Positions 9,016 through 18,667 of a stretch of DNA of 64,000 nt are shown piece by piece (positions within the stretch are counted from its first letter, which is position 1; every line of letters starts with the position of its first letter). Under the pieces are notes generated by a model that ran no database searches, was not told where the DNA came from, and saw only the letters and a list, made by a program, of their open reading frames with translations. The position numbers and the translations under genes were made by a program. The DNA is from an uncultured Lacrimispora sp. GTDB lineage: Bacteria; Bacillota; Clostridia; Lachnospirales; Lachnospiraceae. The stretch spans positions 9,684 to 73,683 of the forward strand of contig CAYOCB010000019.1 in the NCBI GenBank assembly GCA_964402355.1, read 5' to 3'.

Positions 9016-10446
9016 TTATTTATTTGTGATTTCCTTTGTACGGTTCTCAATAAACTTTACTATTTTCTCATTAATTGACGGATCCAGTTCCGGTGCACTG
9101 TACTCTGCAAGAATTGTTTCCCACTTTTTTTCCGCTCTTTGAACAGAATCCATGGAGTTATCAACCCAGACGCCATAAGCACGGCGGTCGCACAGATTCG
9201 TCAGCCTTTGTTCTTTTCTGAAGTTATACAAAGTATGGTCTTCCAGCAGAAAATGTCCGCCCGGGCCGATTTTCTTTATCAGGTCAAAAGCAAACGTTTC
9301 TTCCGAGAATCGAATCCCTTCCAGATACCGTAATACCATTCCGGCAATTTCGTCATCCAGCATAAACTTTTCATAGGACATGGCATTATAAAACTCCAGG
9401 ATACCTGCTGCATGAAGTACAAAATGAATACCAGTAATTCCCGCTGACAACAAGGTCATCATACTTTCAAATCCAGCCTGATTATCCGCAAGCTTGGAAT
9501 CCGTAAGTGCACCGCCGCCCCTGCATGGAACATTGTAATAACGTGCCATTTGTGCACTCGCTGCGGTTAACAGTGCACATTCCGGATTCCCTATTGACAG
9601 CATCGCTTCTGACATATCCGCAATTGCAGATGTTGAACCATATACAACCGGGGTACCGGGATTTACACATTGTGTAAGGGCAATCCCCGCCAGAACCTCC
9701 GCATTTTGTAATGCAAGCGTCCCTGCCAAAGTAACTGGTCCGGTTGTTCCCGCCATAACAAGGGAGGCTATGACGACTGGTTGTCCTGCCGCCGCATAGA
9801 CCATTAATGCACCCAACATCCGGTCATCGTATTTTAAGGGTGTAATGGAGTTAATAAGACTGATTATGACTGGTTTTTCTTTAATCACATCACGTCCGCC
9901 AAAGAGAATGGAGGCAATCTCAATAACATCATTTGCTCTTTCCTCACCGCAGGAGCTTCCCATAAAGCATTTGTCCGAGTTTACGATATGGCTGTAAATC
10001 ATCTTTAAATGCCGTATATCTTCTAAAACATCATTCGGTTCAACTACATTTCCACCCGTCATATGCATGTTGGGGCTTGCGCCTGCAAGTTTGACAAAAT
10101 TATCATAATCCTGCATTGTGGTTTCCCGCCTTGTTCCATCCGCTTCCTGCACAAACGGAGCTCCGTAACCGGGCATAAAAATAATATGATCGCCTCCGCA
10201 AACCAAATTGTTTTTCGGATTGCGTGCATGAAGCGTAAAACTGGAAGGCACTTTCTTTAAGATGTCTTCTAAAAATGCTTTTGTAAAATAAACCCTGTTT
10301 CCCGCCACTTTCAGACCTGCCTTTTGAAATGCTTCCAACGCCGGTTTATAAGAGAATTCAACTCCGACTTCTTCTAATATTTTAACTGTCTGATTATGTA
10401 CACAAATGACTTCCTCTGAAGTCAGAACATTAAATTTAGGTAACAT
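9016..10446 (-). CDS. mtgB: Non-pyrrolysine MttB-family methyltransferase, MtgB-like (probable glycine betaine:corrinoid methyltransferase)
   Basis: PGYGAPF, NSITPL.YD, GTTGPVTLAG..ALQNAE, RGGGALTDSK..D.QAGFE (Leu at Pyl-equivalent site), LHAAG; downstream of BCCT gene. Substrate is inferred. Confidence 0.82.
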   Translation of the reverse strand: MLPKFNVLTSEEVICVHNQTVKILEEVGVEFSYKPALEAFQKAGLKVAGNRVYFTKAFLEDILKKVPSSFTLHARNPKNNLVCGGDHIIFMPGYGAPFVQEADGTRRETTMQDYDNFVKLAGASPNMHMTGGNVVEPNDVLEDIRHLKMIYSHIVNSDKCFMGSSCGEERANDVIEIASILFGGRDVIKEKPVIISLINSITPLKYDDRMLGALMVYAAAGQPVVIASLVMAGTTGPVTLAGTLALQNAEVLAGIALTQCVNPGTPVVYGSTSAIADMSEAMLSIGNPECALLTAASAQMARYYNVPCRGGGALTDSKLADNQAGFESMMTLLSAGITGIHFVLHAAGILEFYNAMSYEKFMLDDEIAGMVLRYLEGIRFSEETFAFDLIKKIGPGGHFLLEDHTLYNFRKEQRLTNLCDRRAYGVWVDNSMDSVQRAEKKWETILAEYSAPELDPSINEKIVKFIENRTKEITNK

Positions 10447-10557
10447 CTTAACCACCTTTTTCCTATTTAATTTATTCATTTTTATGTCCAGAGAAACACT
10501 GATTAAATCAGTGTTTCCATAAGTATCCGTTATAAAGTATTAGGAACCTGCCTTAGA

Positions 10558-12120
10558 CTAATTGTTAAGGACTGATTCAACTGCATGATTATCTTCTGCT
10601 TCCTCTGCTATTTCTGGTTCAGCCTTAGAACAAGCAGTTACGGCCAATTCATTTTTCAGTGATTTAAATAGTGTTACAATAGAGCCTAACATAATAAATG
10701 TAAACGGAAAAGCGCCAACAATGGAAATCGTCTGTAGATTTTGAAGACCATTTGTGCTTACAAGTAATAATACCAGTGCAAGCACTGCTTCCATTGTACC
10801 CCAGATTACTTTTATGTATGTTTTGGGATTTAAATCTCCCCCGGAGGTAAAGATCCCAAGTACAAAGGTTGCAGAATCAGCTGATGTAACAAAGAACGTA
10901 ATTACAAGCAAAATAGTCAGACCGGAAAGAACCAGTGTCAGCGGATAGTGGCTGAATACAACAAAGCATGCCGTTGGAGTAGATTTAATCGCTTCTGATG
11001 CAACCTCTGTTCCCAGATTGATTCCCATGCTTCCAAATACGGCAAACCAGATAAAGGATAAAAGAGACGGAGCCAGAAGCACACCTGCAATGAATTCTCT
11101 AATGGTTCTTCCTTTCGATATTCTTGCAATAAAGGAACCTACAAAAGGTGCCCAGGCAATCCACCACGCCCAATAGAAAATGGTCCAGCTGCCGTACCAG
11201 GCAGTGTTTTTAAATGCTCCGATACTGAATGTTTCCTGAATTATATTCTGGAAGTAGTTGCCGACGCCTTCTGTGAAAGCATTTAAGGATAATAAAGTTG
11301 GTCCAATAATAAATGCCAATCCTAATAATGAAAAAGCTAAGATTAAATTCATATTGGAAAGAAATTTAATACCCTTATCAAGTCCGGATACTGCAGATAA
11401 AAGGAACAGACAAGAAGTAATTAAAATGATAATTGTCTGTATGCCTTTATTAACCGGAATATGAAACAGATAATTCAGACCACTGTTAATTTGTAAGGTT
11501 CCTAAACCTAATGAAGTAGCCCCGCCTGTGATTGTTGCAAAAACGGCAAAAACATCAATTGTCTTGCCAATCCAGCCATTAACCCTTTCCTCACCAAGCA
11601 AAGGAATGAATATACTGCTGATCAGACCGTTCTTCTTTTTTCTGAACTGCATATACGCTAATGCCAACCCCATTAAGGCATAACAGGACCAGGGATGAAG
11701 TGCCCAGTGTAAAAATGTTTTATTAATTGCAAACTCTGCAGCTTCCGGTGTTCCTGCTTTAGCATTCAGCGGTGCCATAAAATGGTTTAAAGGTTCTGCA
11801 ACCCCCCAGAATATCAGGCCGATTCCCATACCGGCAGAAAATAACATGGCAAACCAGGAAACATTACTATATTCCGGTTTTGAATCATCTTGTCCAAGTT
11901 TGATTTTTCCGTATTTACTCACACTAAGCCATATGCAGAAAAAAAGGAAAGCACCCATGGATACATTGTAGAACCAGCCGAATTTACCGGTTAAAAATGC
12001 ATATGTGAAATCTGCAACCGATTGGTAGCTGCTTGGAAATGCAACACACCATATAACGATTAAAAGTATAATCGCTAAGGAAACAGCAAATACGGAGTTG
12101 ATTTTTTTTGTCTTGTTCAT
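10558..12120 (-). CDS. BCCT-family transporter (OpuD/BetP-like, probable Na+/glycine betaine)
   Basis: WFAMLFSAGMGIGL.FWGVAEP, WTIFYWAWWIAWAPFVG.FIARISKGRTIREF, TSADS; start ATG 12120 after AGGAGG. Confidence 0.93.
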   Translation of the reverse strand: MNKTKKINSVFAVSLAIILLIVIWCVAFPSSYQSVADFTYAFLTGKFGWFYNVSMGAFLFFCIWLSVSKYGKIKLGQDDSKPEYSNVSWFAMLFSAGMGIGLIFWGVAEPLNHFMAPLNAKAGTPEAAEFAINKTFLHWALHPWSCYALMGLALAYMQFRKKKNGLISSIFIPLLGEERVNGWIGKTIDVFAVFATITGGATSLGLGTLQINSGLNYLFHIPVNKGIQTIIILITSCLFLLSAVSGLDKGIKFLSNMNLILAFSLLGLAFIIGPTLLSLNAFTEGVGNYFQNIIQETFSIGAFKNTAWYGSWTIFYWAWWIAWAPFVGSFIARISKGRTIREFIAGVLLAPSLLSFIWFAVFGSMGINLGTEVASEAIKSTPTACFVVFSHYPLTLVLSGLTILLVITFFVTSADSATFVLGIFTSGGDLNPKTYIKVIWGTMEAVLALVLLLVSTNGLQNLQTISIVGAFPFTFIMLGSIVTLFKSLKNELAVTACSKAEPEIAEEAEDNHAVESVLNN

Positions 12121-12183
12121 ATATTCCTCCTTGATTTTTATATAATAACTTGATTTATTCCTTACGTAAGCAGCTAATAACAC

Positions 12184-12295
12184 AAAAAAAGAAGCCAACA
12201 TCCATCCAAAAGACGGACATACGACTTCTTCGTCATTACAAAACCTTGGTAAAATACTGACTAAAGATCTAACCTGATTTTTTGTTTGCTAAGTA
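12184..12295 (-). promoter_or_regulatory. 5' leader with intrinsic terminator (attenuator of unrecognised class)
   Basis: Minus strand AAGAAGTCGTATGTCCGTC-TTTT-GGATGGATGTTGGCTTC-T7 lies between promoter and BCCT start; competing hairpin ATGAC-GAAGAA-GTCGT overlaps its 5' arm. Confidence 0.7.
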
Positions 12296-12300
12296 TATTA

Positions 12301-12329
12301 ATAATATACAATTTAAATGTATATGTCAA
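12301..12329 (-). promoter_or_regulatory. Sigma-A promoter of BCCT-mttB operon
   Basis: TTGACA (12329-12324)-17 bp-TATTAT (12306-12301). Confidence 0.75.
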
Positions 12330-12515
12330 ATAGGTGACATCTATTTAAAAGAAACTAAATTAACAGATTATTTATCCAAAAGAAACTTATTGCAGTTTTT
12401 TCCCGTTGTTTTCAATTAATAAATAAATTTGTTGCAATAAATCAATAACCTTTGTATTTATGCGAAACAAAGGTTCATAAGCTGAAACGAAAACTTCCTG
12501 ATTTGAACCTATTCC

Positions 12516-13475
12516 CTAATCCTCTTCCAATAAAATTTCATCGCTGAATATACTTTTCCAGGTCTCCCTGATAGATTTTGTCAGATTTTGTTCTGATAAG
12601 CCAATCACAACTATTTTCATATCTTCATCCGATAATTGCCGGGTGCTGCATCGTTCAGACTGTACGTCATCACCAACACAGTCAAATCTCATAATACAGC
12701 TTTCGGTTCTGACAAATCCTTTTAGTCTTAATGTTTCTTTCGATATCAGATATATAAACTGATTGATCATCTTACTGTCATAAGGCTTATTAAATGAGAT
12801 AATACAGCCGTATGGTCTCCCCATGTGATTACTGGAATCACCATCCTGTGATTTCCCTTCAGGCAGATACTCTTTGATAACTTTTTCTGTTATCCTGCCA
12901 AAATTGGTATCCACTATTCTGACTTCAGAATTAATTTCTGAAAGGCTCTTATGCAGTTCATGAATTGTATCCTCCGTAACTTGATCGATTTTATTTAATA
13001 TCACAAGATTACTCTTCTTTACCTGGTTCTTGACGGATAATAACACATCTTTTATATTCAGAAACCTCACGGCATCAACAATGCAGATAGAACCTTTGTA
13101 TTGATATGTTCTGGTAATATCCCTTTTTGTAAGGAACTGACGCAGTTCCCCCAGAAGATTTTCTATACTGGATGGATCTGCCATACCTGAAGCTTCAATG
13201 TATAAGATATCAACCGGCTGTCCAAGAAAAGCCACTAATGTTTTAATAAATCCAGTCTTTAAACAGGCACAGAATATGGAACCATTATTAATCTCAACAA
13301 GTCTGACATCGTTGCTTTCGATAACCTTACCATCAATGCCAATACTCCCAAACTCATTCACAAGAACCCCGACTCGTTTATTCCTGGACATTTCTAACAG
13401 ATTGCGTAAAAATGTTGTTTTTCCTGAACCCAGAAATCCGGAAATCAAATACAGCTCAATTGGTTTTTGTTCCAT
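12516..13475 (-). CDS. CobW/COG0523-family G3E GTPase (metal chaperone)
   Basis: SGFLGSGKTT, NEFG..GIDG, GSIFCAC, EASGMADP, NKID; start moved to ATG 13475. Confidence 0.9.
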   Translation of the reverse strand: MEQKPIELYLISGFLGSGKTTFLRNLLEMSRNKRVGVLVNEFGSIGIDGKVIESNDVRLVEINNGSIFCACLKTGFIKTLVAFLGQPVDILYIEASGMADPSSIENLLGELRQFLTKRDITRTYQYKGSICIVDAVRFLNIKDVLLSVKNQVKKSNLVILNKIDQVTEDTIHELHKSLSEINSEVRIVDTNFGRITEKVIKEYLPEGKSQDGDSSNHMGRPYGCIISFNKPYDSKMINQFIYLISKETLRLKGFVRTESCIMRFDCVGDDVQSERCSTRQLSDEDMKIVVIGLSEQNLTKSIRETWKSIFSDEILLEED

Positions 13476-13770
13476 TATTTTCACCATCCTCAACATATCC
13501 AAGAACATCCCCGCAGCTAAATTCTTCTTCGTCATTTATACAAATCTCAGAAATGATACCGCTTACAGGACTTAAGAGCTCAATTGTCTTTTTCTCAACC
13601 TCACCCTCACATACAACCTGATCTTTTTGAACTGTATCACCAACTTGAGCCAGCCATGTAAGCACACCGGTCTTATTCTTTAGCTTAACCGGCCGGAACT
13701 GACAAGGGCATGGATTCACCGGATCTTTTTTAGGCATTGCTGTCTCTGGAATTTTCATTGCATGCTTCAT
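13456..13770 (-). CDS. Stand-alone lipoyl/biotinyl-attachment domain protein
   Basis: W..QVGDTV.KDQVVCE.EVEK...EL.SPVSG.I..I......GDVL pattern; N-terminal CPC. Confidence 0.8.
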   Translation of the reverse strand: MKHAMKIPETAMPKKDPVNPCPCQFRPVKLKNKTGVLTWLAQVGDTVQKDQVVCEGEVEKKTIELLSPVSGIISEICINDEEEFSCGDVLGYVEDGENNGTKTN

Positions 13771-13785
13771 AAAAAGTCTCCTTTC

Positions 13786-14376
13786 TTATTCAGAAAAATA
13801 AGGACATTTTACTTTTTTACATTGCTGATTGCGGTCATGATATTTACACTTTATATTATCTTCCATTGACAGATGCAGTTCCAGCTTATCATTAATATAT
13901 GGAATAGCTTCTTCCAGAGAAAGAAATGCAGTCCGCTTACAGCATCTTGGCCCAGGTACTTTTGATAATGCCACAAGGCACTTTCCGGTAATCTCATTGG
14001 CCCACTGCCAGGTTTTTACAGACATTGGAGTGGTATCCGTAAACACGCTCATGAAAATACCAGCTCCTACTCCGGCCCCACAAGCACCATAATATCCGCA
14101 AAAACCACCCAGAATATTTTTTGAACGTTCTTCTACCTGCTTTAACATATCCATGAAATCTTCCGTTTCTGTCTCTGCCTGTACCGCTGCTGCTGTCAGC
14201 AGCGCTGCAGGTATAATAAAATGATGATAAGGATAGTGCATGGGCACTTCCGGATTATCCATCATTTCCATAAGCAGTTCCGATACATTCATTTCCGCTT
14301 TCTCAGTAAATGCCTTTTTACAGACATCTTTGAGTTCTTTATAAACGGCTTCCTCTAATTTAAATTGACTTTCCAT
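13786..14376 (-). CDS. DUF5714-like Cys/His-rich protein
   Basis: MH.P.HH..PAALL, GGFCG..GACGAGVG.G, GPRCCKR, C....N..C....CPY. Confidence 0.75.
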   Translation of the reverse strand: MESQFKLEEAVYKELKDVCKKAFTEKAEMNVSELLMEMMDNPEVPMHYPYHHFIIPAALLTAAAVQAETETEDFMDMLKQVEERSKNILGGFCGYYGACGAGVGAGIFMSVFTDTTPMSVKTWQWANEITGKCLVALSKVPGPRCCKRTAFLSLEEAIPYINDKLELHLSMEDNIKCKYHDRNQQCKKVKCPYFSE

Positions 14377-14404
14377 ATTTTCGTACCTTCCTTCATCAAA
14401 AGAA

Positions 14405-14659
14405 TCATATATTTTTCATTTTAAGGAATTTTATAATTCTGTCATAATTTTCCGGCTCATGGGGAAATGTACATTCTTTACAGTCTTTTATGGTTTTGCC
14501 TGAACTCATCTTAATAAATTTGGGAGTACCTGGGCAATCATCGTAGCAGTTCAATGGACAATAGCAGAACAAACAGTTAAAATCGCCGCCCTTTATCATA
14601 TCGTGGCATGGATAATATTTACATTCTGTATTCTTAAAATAGCGATCACTATTCTTCAT
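14405..14659 (-). CDS. Cysteine-rich small domain (zf-like) protein
   Basis: N.EC.YYPCH, FNCLFCYCPL, KDC..C.FPH. Confidence 0.85.
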   Translation of the reverse strand: MKNSDRYFKNTECKYYPCHDMIKGGDFNCLFCYCPLNCYDDCPGTPKFIKMSSGKTIKDCKECTFPHEPENYDRIIKFLKMKNI

Positions 14660-14680
14660 GGCTCTCCCCTTTTTCCTTTA

Positions 14681-16519
14681 TTATTCACAGGCATTTGCAA
14701 ACAGCATGCTATCAATATAATAGTCCTGAAAGTCATCATTTTTAGATAATTCAACATGTCGTATTTGTTTAGTCAGCAACTCCGCCTGTTCCCGGCAGTT
14801 TATGGATAACAAAGCCATGGAAGCGCCTACTCCGGCGCCATTCCCGATTGAGATTACCTTATCTGGGGATATTGACGGTAACAATCCCATTCTTATTGCG
14901 CTTTCCTTATTTATGTAACTTCCAAATGCTCCTGCGACGATCACTCTGTCTATCTGATCAACTGTAAAATCAAGATTCTTCATTAAGGTCATCATACCTC
15001 CAAGAATAGCTCCCTTTGCCAATTGTACTTCTCTGATGTCCTGCTGCAATAGTACAATGGAATCCTTTCCGGCACTCCTGAATAGAACAATTCCGGTATC
15101 TTTCCCTTTGCCAAATAACCGGTCACATATGGCTGGTGCTATTCCTTTATTCCTGGCTTCGTCCTGTGTCAGCAGATTCCCCCTCTTATTAATGAGTCCT
15201 GCTTTTATCAGTTCTCCGATTGCATCAATCAGTCCTGATCCGCATATACCGGATGGTTCTCCGTCTTCTATTACTTTTAACGAGATATCTTCATTAATCG
15301 TTATTCCTTCAATTGCTCCTTTGGCTGCCCGCATCCCATGATGAATACATGCTCCCTCAAATGCAGGTCCTGCCGCTGTTGAACATGCTTCCACCGTACC
15401 ATTTTTTGCAACCAGGATTTCTCCATTTGTTCCCACATCTATAATAATCGTATTTCCAGGAAGTCCAAATACATTCGTTGCCAGCATTACTCCCGTAATA
15501 TCCGATCCAACGTGGCCTGCTATATTAGGAAGTGTATATACATTTGCATTGGCATTCACGCCGATTCCCAGCTGACCAGCTTTCAGATGAATTCCTTCAC
15601 AGTAAACCGGGGCAAATGGTACCCTTGACATACTGACCGGATTGACTCCTAAAAATAAGTGGCTCATGGTCGTATTCCCTACAACAGTCATATCATATAT
15701 ATGATTATTCTTTATTCCGTTTCTTTCACAGAATTTCCGGATCATCTCATTAAAGCATTCCACTATTTTCTTCTGCATCTCTTTGGTGTGGCTTACTTCC
15801 TCTATGCAGTACTGGATTCTGGATATGACATCTGAACCAAAAACACTCTGGGGATTTGTTGCAGCTTCTACATCAGCCATTTTCTTTTCAATTAAATCCC
15901 ACAATATACCAACCACTGTAGTCGTTCCGATATCGAATGCCAGCCCATAACACTGGGAAGAAGTATCATCAGCTTCTATGGCAATCAAGTGATCATCACT
16001 AAGAACAACTGTCAGTTTTCCCCTCTTAGCGGTTATTGCCTTTTGAATATCAGGAAGAAGTACATGATCAAATTTCATATCAGGACAGCTGGCTGCCTCA
16101 CGGATTCTGTCAATATCGTTAATCTGTGTCTCTATAACCGCTTTCGGAACTTTTATAAATCTCTTTTGTATGGTAATATTGGGAACAAATGAATCCGGAA
16201 GCTTATTCATACGTTTCTTTCGTTGGGAACTGCCATGAATATCCGGTATCATCACAACTAAATCAGTATTCACAGTAATCTGGCAGGCAAGCCGGTATCC
16301 TTCCTCTTTTTCTTTATCTGAAAGTGCATGTTCTTCCAGACTATTCAAGTTTCCGGCATCACCTTCCAGTATTATCACTTTACACTTCCCACATAAACCT
16401 TTTCCAGCACAACTGCCATCTATAAGCACGCCTGCTTCTGCCGCGGCATGTAACAGATTCGTTCCTTCCTCTGTAACTGTATTTTTATTATTGGGCAAAT
16501 ATAAAACGGAAACTGCCAT
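14681..16519 (-). CDS. RamA/RACo-type ATP-dependent reductive activator of corrinoid proteins (ASKHA, N-terminal 2Fe-2S)
   Basis: C.G.G.CGKC...RLACQ ferredoxin; DIGTTT, G.DVISRI, D.GTNGE, AGPAFEG, GICGSG, AGAFG. Confidence 0.93.
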   Translation of the reverse strand: MAVSVLYLPNNKNTVTEEGTNLLHAAAEAGVLIDGSCAGKGLCGKCKVIILEGDAGNLNSLEEHALSDKEKEEGYRLACQITVNTDLVVMIPDIHGSSQRKKRMNKLPDSFVPNITIQKRFIKVPKAVIETQINDIDRIREAASCPDMKFDHVLLPDIQKAITAKRGKLTVVLSDDHLIAIEADDTSSQCYGLAFDIGTTTVVGILWDLIEKKMADVEAATNPQSVFGSDVISRIQYCIEEVSHTKEMQKKIVECFNEMIRKFCERNGIKNNHIYDMTVVGNTTMSHLFLGVNPVSMSRVPFAPVYCEGIHLKAGQLGIGVNANANVYTLPNIAGHVGSDITGVMLATNVFGLPGNTIIIDVGTNGEILVAKNGTVEACSTAAGPAFEGACIHHGMRAAKGAIEGITINEDISLKVIEDGEPSGICGSGLIDAIGELIKAGLINKRGNLLTQDEARNKGIAPAICDRLFGKGKDTGIVLFRSAGKDSIVLLQQDIREVQLAKGAILGGMMTLMKNLDFTVDQIDRVIVAGAFGSYINKESAIRMGLLPSISPDKVISIGNGAGVGASMALLSINCREQAELLTKQIRHVELSKNDDFQDYYIDSMLFANACE

Positions 16520-16525
16520 ACTATT

Positions 16526-18544
16526 TCACCTCTGCTCCAGATTCTCTAAGTTTAACTCTCCGGTCGCTGTTGCTGTAATTTTATATCCCATATATAAAGG
16601 GCCAAAATCCGTATCCACAAGGTCTTCTTTTTCTTCATATTCTATGTTGGTGTCTTTTGCAGCACCTCTCTGAATGGCTTCTTCCCTAGCTTTATCTGTC
16701 GCTAATTCTTTGGCCATTTTCTTCGCATCTTCAATAGTCTCAACTGTATGGCGTTCGCCGCCGCCAAATACGGTGAAGGTACCGGTATCCTGGTTCATTA
16801 CAATCTCCATGGTAATCTTCGCACACACATTTCCGACAATCGCACCAAGTGCATTGGCAACCATGGAATAATCAGATGTTACAACCTTTGTTCCTAATAA
16901 TCTGCCAACATCCTCAAGAAAGATGTGGGTTGGAGCTCCCACACCTACCAGTACTGCCGGTGTTGAAAATTTCACATTCAGAAATTCTGTTATTTTACCT
17001 GTCCTGGCATTCTCATATGCCTGATTGATTAAAAGTCCCATCTGCTCTCCGATTCCCATTTTTCTTATCTGCGGATTCGAATCTTCAATAATAATCCGGA
17101 CTATATTAAAATACAGCTTTCTCTTAACTTCGTCATAGATTTTATCGCACAGCTCCTGGGCTGTTAACCGCATCACTCTGGCCATTCTACTGATGCCATG
17201 AATGGACGCCTGTCTTTCATATTTTGTAAAATCCCCCACAAAATGCATGACATCTGTGGGTGTAACCCCACAGCGAATAATAATCGTTTCTCTGACAAGT
17301 CTCTCAATCTGGGATTTCAATACGGTTGTATTTAATACTGCACCTATCTCTTCAAGGCTTTTGGGATTCTTTAATACAACTGAGACGATTGCTCTTTCTT
17401 TATCCGTGTAGCTGGCATTCCCACTGATATCTTTCACTCCGAGATAAATTTCGTCTTTCTGATTGGTAATAAAGGAACCCTTTTCATCCGCTTTTTTCAA
17501 ATAATTCAGAAGGTCCGGATAACGCGATGCTGCCATACATAAAGGCATAACCTTCTCATCCTCCAGTGCCACATCCTTATCATTTACCGCAATAACACCA
17601 CTGTCTCCCCCAAGGCCAAAGGTATCAACAAAAAGGCCTTTTACAAATGTATTCCACTTTCCAATATGTACACCATCATTTACCCGTTTTGGCTCACCGT
17701 CTTTTACAAATGCAATATCTGTTGTTGTACCTCCAATGTCTATAATCATACAGTTCTGCTCATCTGTTAATTCAACAGCGCCCATGACACTGGCTACCGG
17801 TCCGCATAGCAGGGTCTCGATTGGACGGGTTTTCGCAAATTTTTCTGTCATAAGACTTCCGTCACTACGTACAATTACAAACGGGACTTTAATATTTAAT
17901 TCCTTCAATGCCTTCTTTACTGCAGCAGTAAATTCTTCAATAATCGATATAAGCCTTGCATTCAGCAGAGTACTGGCTCCCCGTTTCACAATATTATATT
18001 CAGTAAACAATTCATGTCCGCATACAATCGGAATGCTGTATTTTTCATGAATCATGGATGCTGCCTTTTTCTCAAGCTCTCCACCAGTTTTTTTGGCAAA
18101 CATTTCTACAATACCGACAGCATCACAATCAGCAAACCTCTGTTCTGTCTTACTCTGAAAATCATTCCAGTCCGGCGGTTCTACAATCTGCCCATTTGTC
18201 TTTGTTTTACTATCTATAAATACAAGCGTATCATCGAATGAAATACCATAACTTTCTCCTGTCTTTCTGACGGTTTCCGGTGTTATGCCAAACATAACAA
18301 GTTTGGCTCTTCCGCCTTTGTTCTCGACACAGGCATTTGTTGCAAGCGTTGTCGAAAGTGCAATGACCTCCGCCTGATTCACTAATTCCCTTGGAAGTCC
18401 GCTTAACGCTCTTTTTATTCCTCTTGCCAAATCATCTTTTGTTGTATGAGTTTTGGCATATGCAAGAACCTTTTTTTGTTCGAACTGATAAATGACCGCA
18501 TCTGTACAAGTTCCGCCTGTATCGATTCCAATTCCTATCTTCAT
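16526..18544 (-). CDS. Hydantoinase/oxoprolinase A-like ASKHA protein
   Basis: GIDTGGT.TD, STTLATNA.VE, TLLNARL, SDG, CGP.AS..GA, DIGGTTTD, GLGGDS, TPTD, VANALGA. Confidence 0.88.
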   Translation of the reverse strand: MKIGIGIDTGGTCTDAVIYQFEQKKVLAYAKTHTTKDDLARGIKRALSGLPRELVNQAEVIALSTTLATNACVENKGGRAKLVMFGITPETVRKTGESYGISFDDTLVFIDSKTKTNGQIVEPPDWNDFQSKTEQRFADCDAVGIVEMFAKKTGGELEKKAASMIHEKYSIPIVCGHELFTEYNIVKRGASTLLNARLISIIEEFTAAVKKALKELNIKVPFVIVRSDGSLMTEKFAKTRPIETLLCGPVASVMGAVELTDEQNCMIIDIGGTTTDIAFVKDGEPKRVNDGVHIGKWNTFVKGLFVDTFGLGGDSGVIAVNDKDVALEDEKVMPLCMAASRYPDLLNYLKKADEKGSFITNQKDEIYLGVKDISGNASYTDKERAIVSVVLKNPKSLEEIGAVLNTTVLKSQIERLVRETIIIRCGVTPTDVMHFVGDFTKYERQASIHGISRMARVMRLTAQELCDKIYDEVKRKLYFNIVRIIIEDSNPQIRKMGIGEQMGLLINQAYENARTGKITEFLNVKFSTPAVLVGVGAPTHIFLEDVGRLLGTKVVTSDYSMVANALGAIVGNVCAKITMEIVMNQDTGTFTVFGGGERHTVETIEDAKKMAKELATDKAREEAIQRGAAKDTNIEYEEKEDLVDTDFGPLYMGYKITATATGELNLENLEQR

Positions 18545-18667
18545 ATCTCATACACTCCTTTCCCATCTGCCGTACTGACAATCATCTGCTAAAAAGCATA
18601 ATAAGCAGGATAACTGAATCGTTTTTGATTCATTCTCCCGCCTATTACGACTTTTTATATGTATTCA

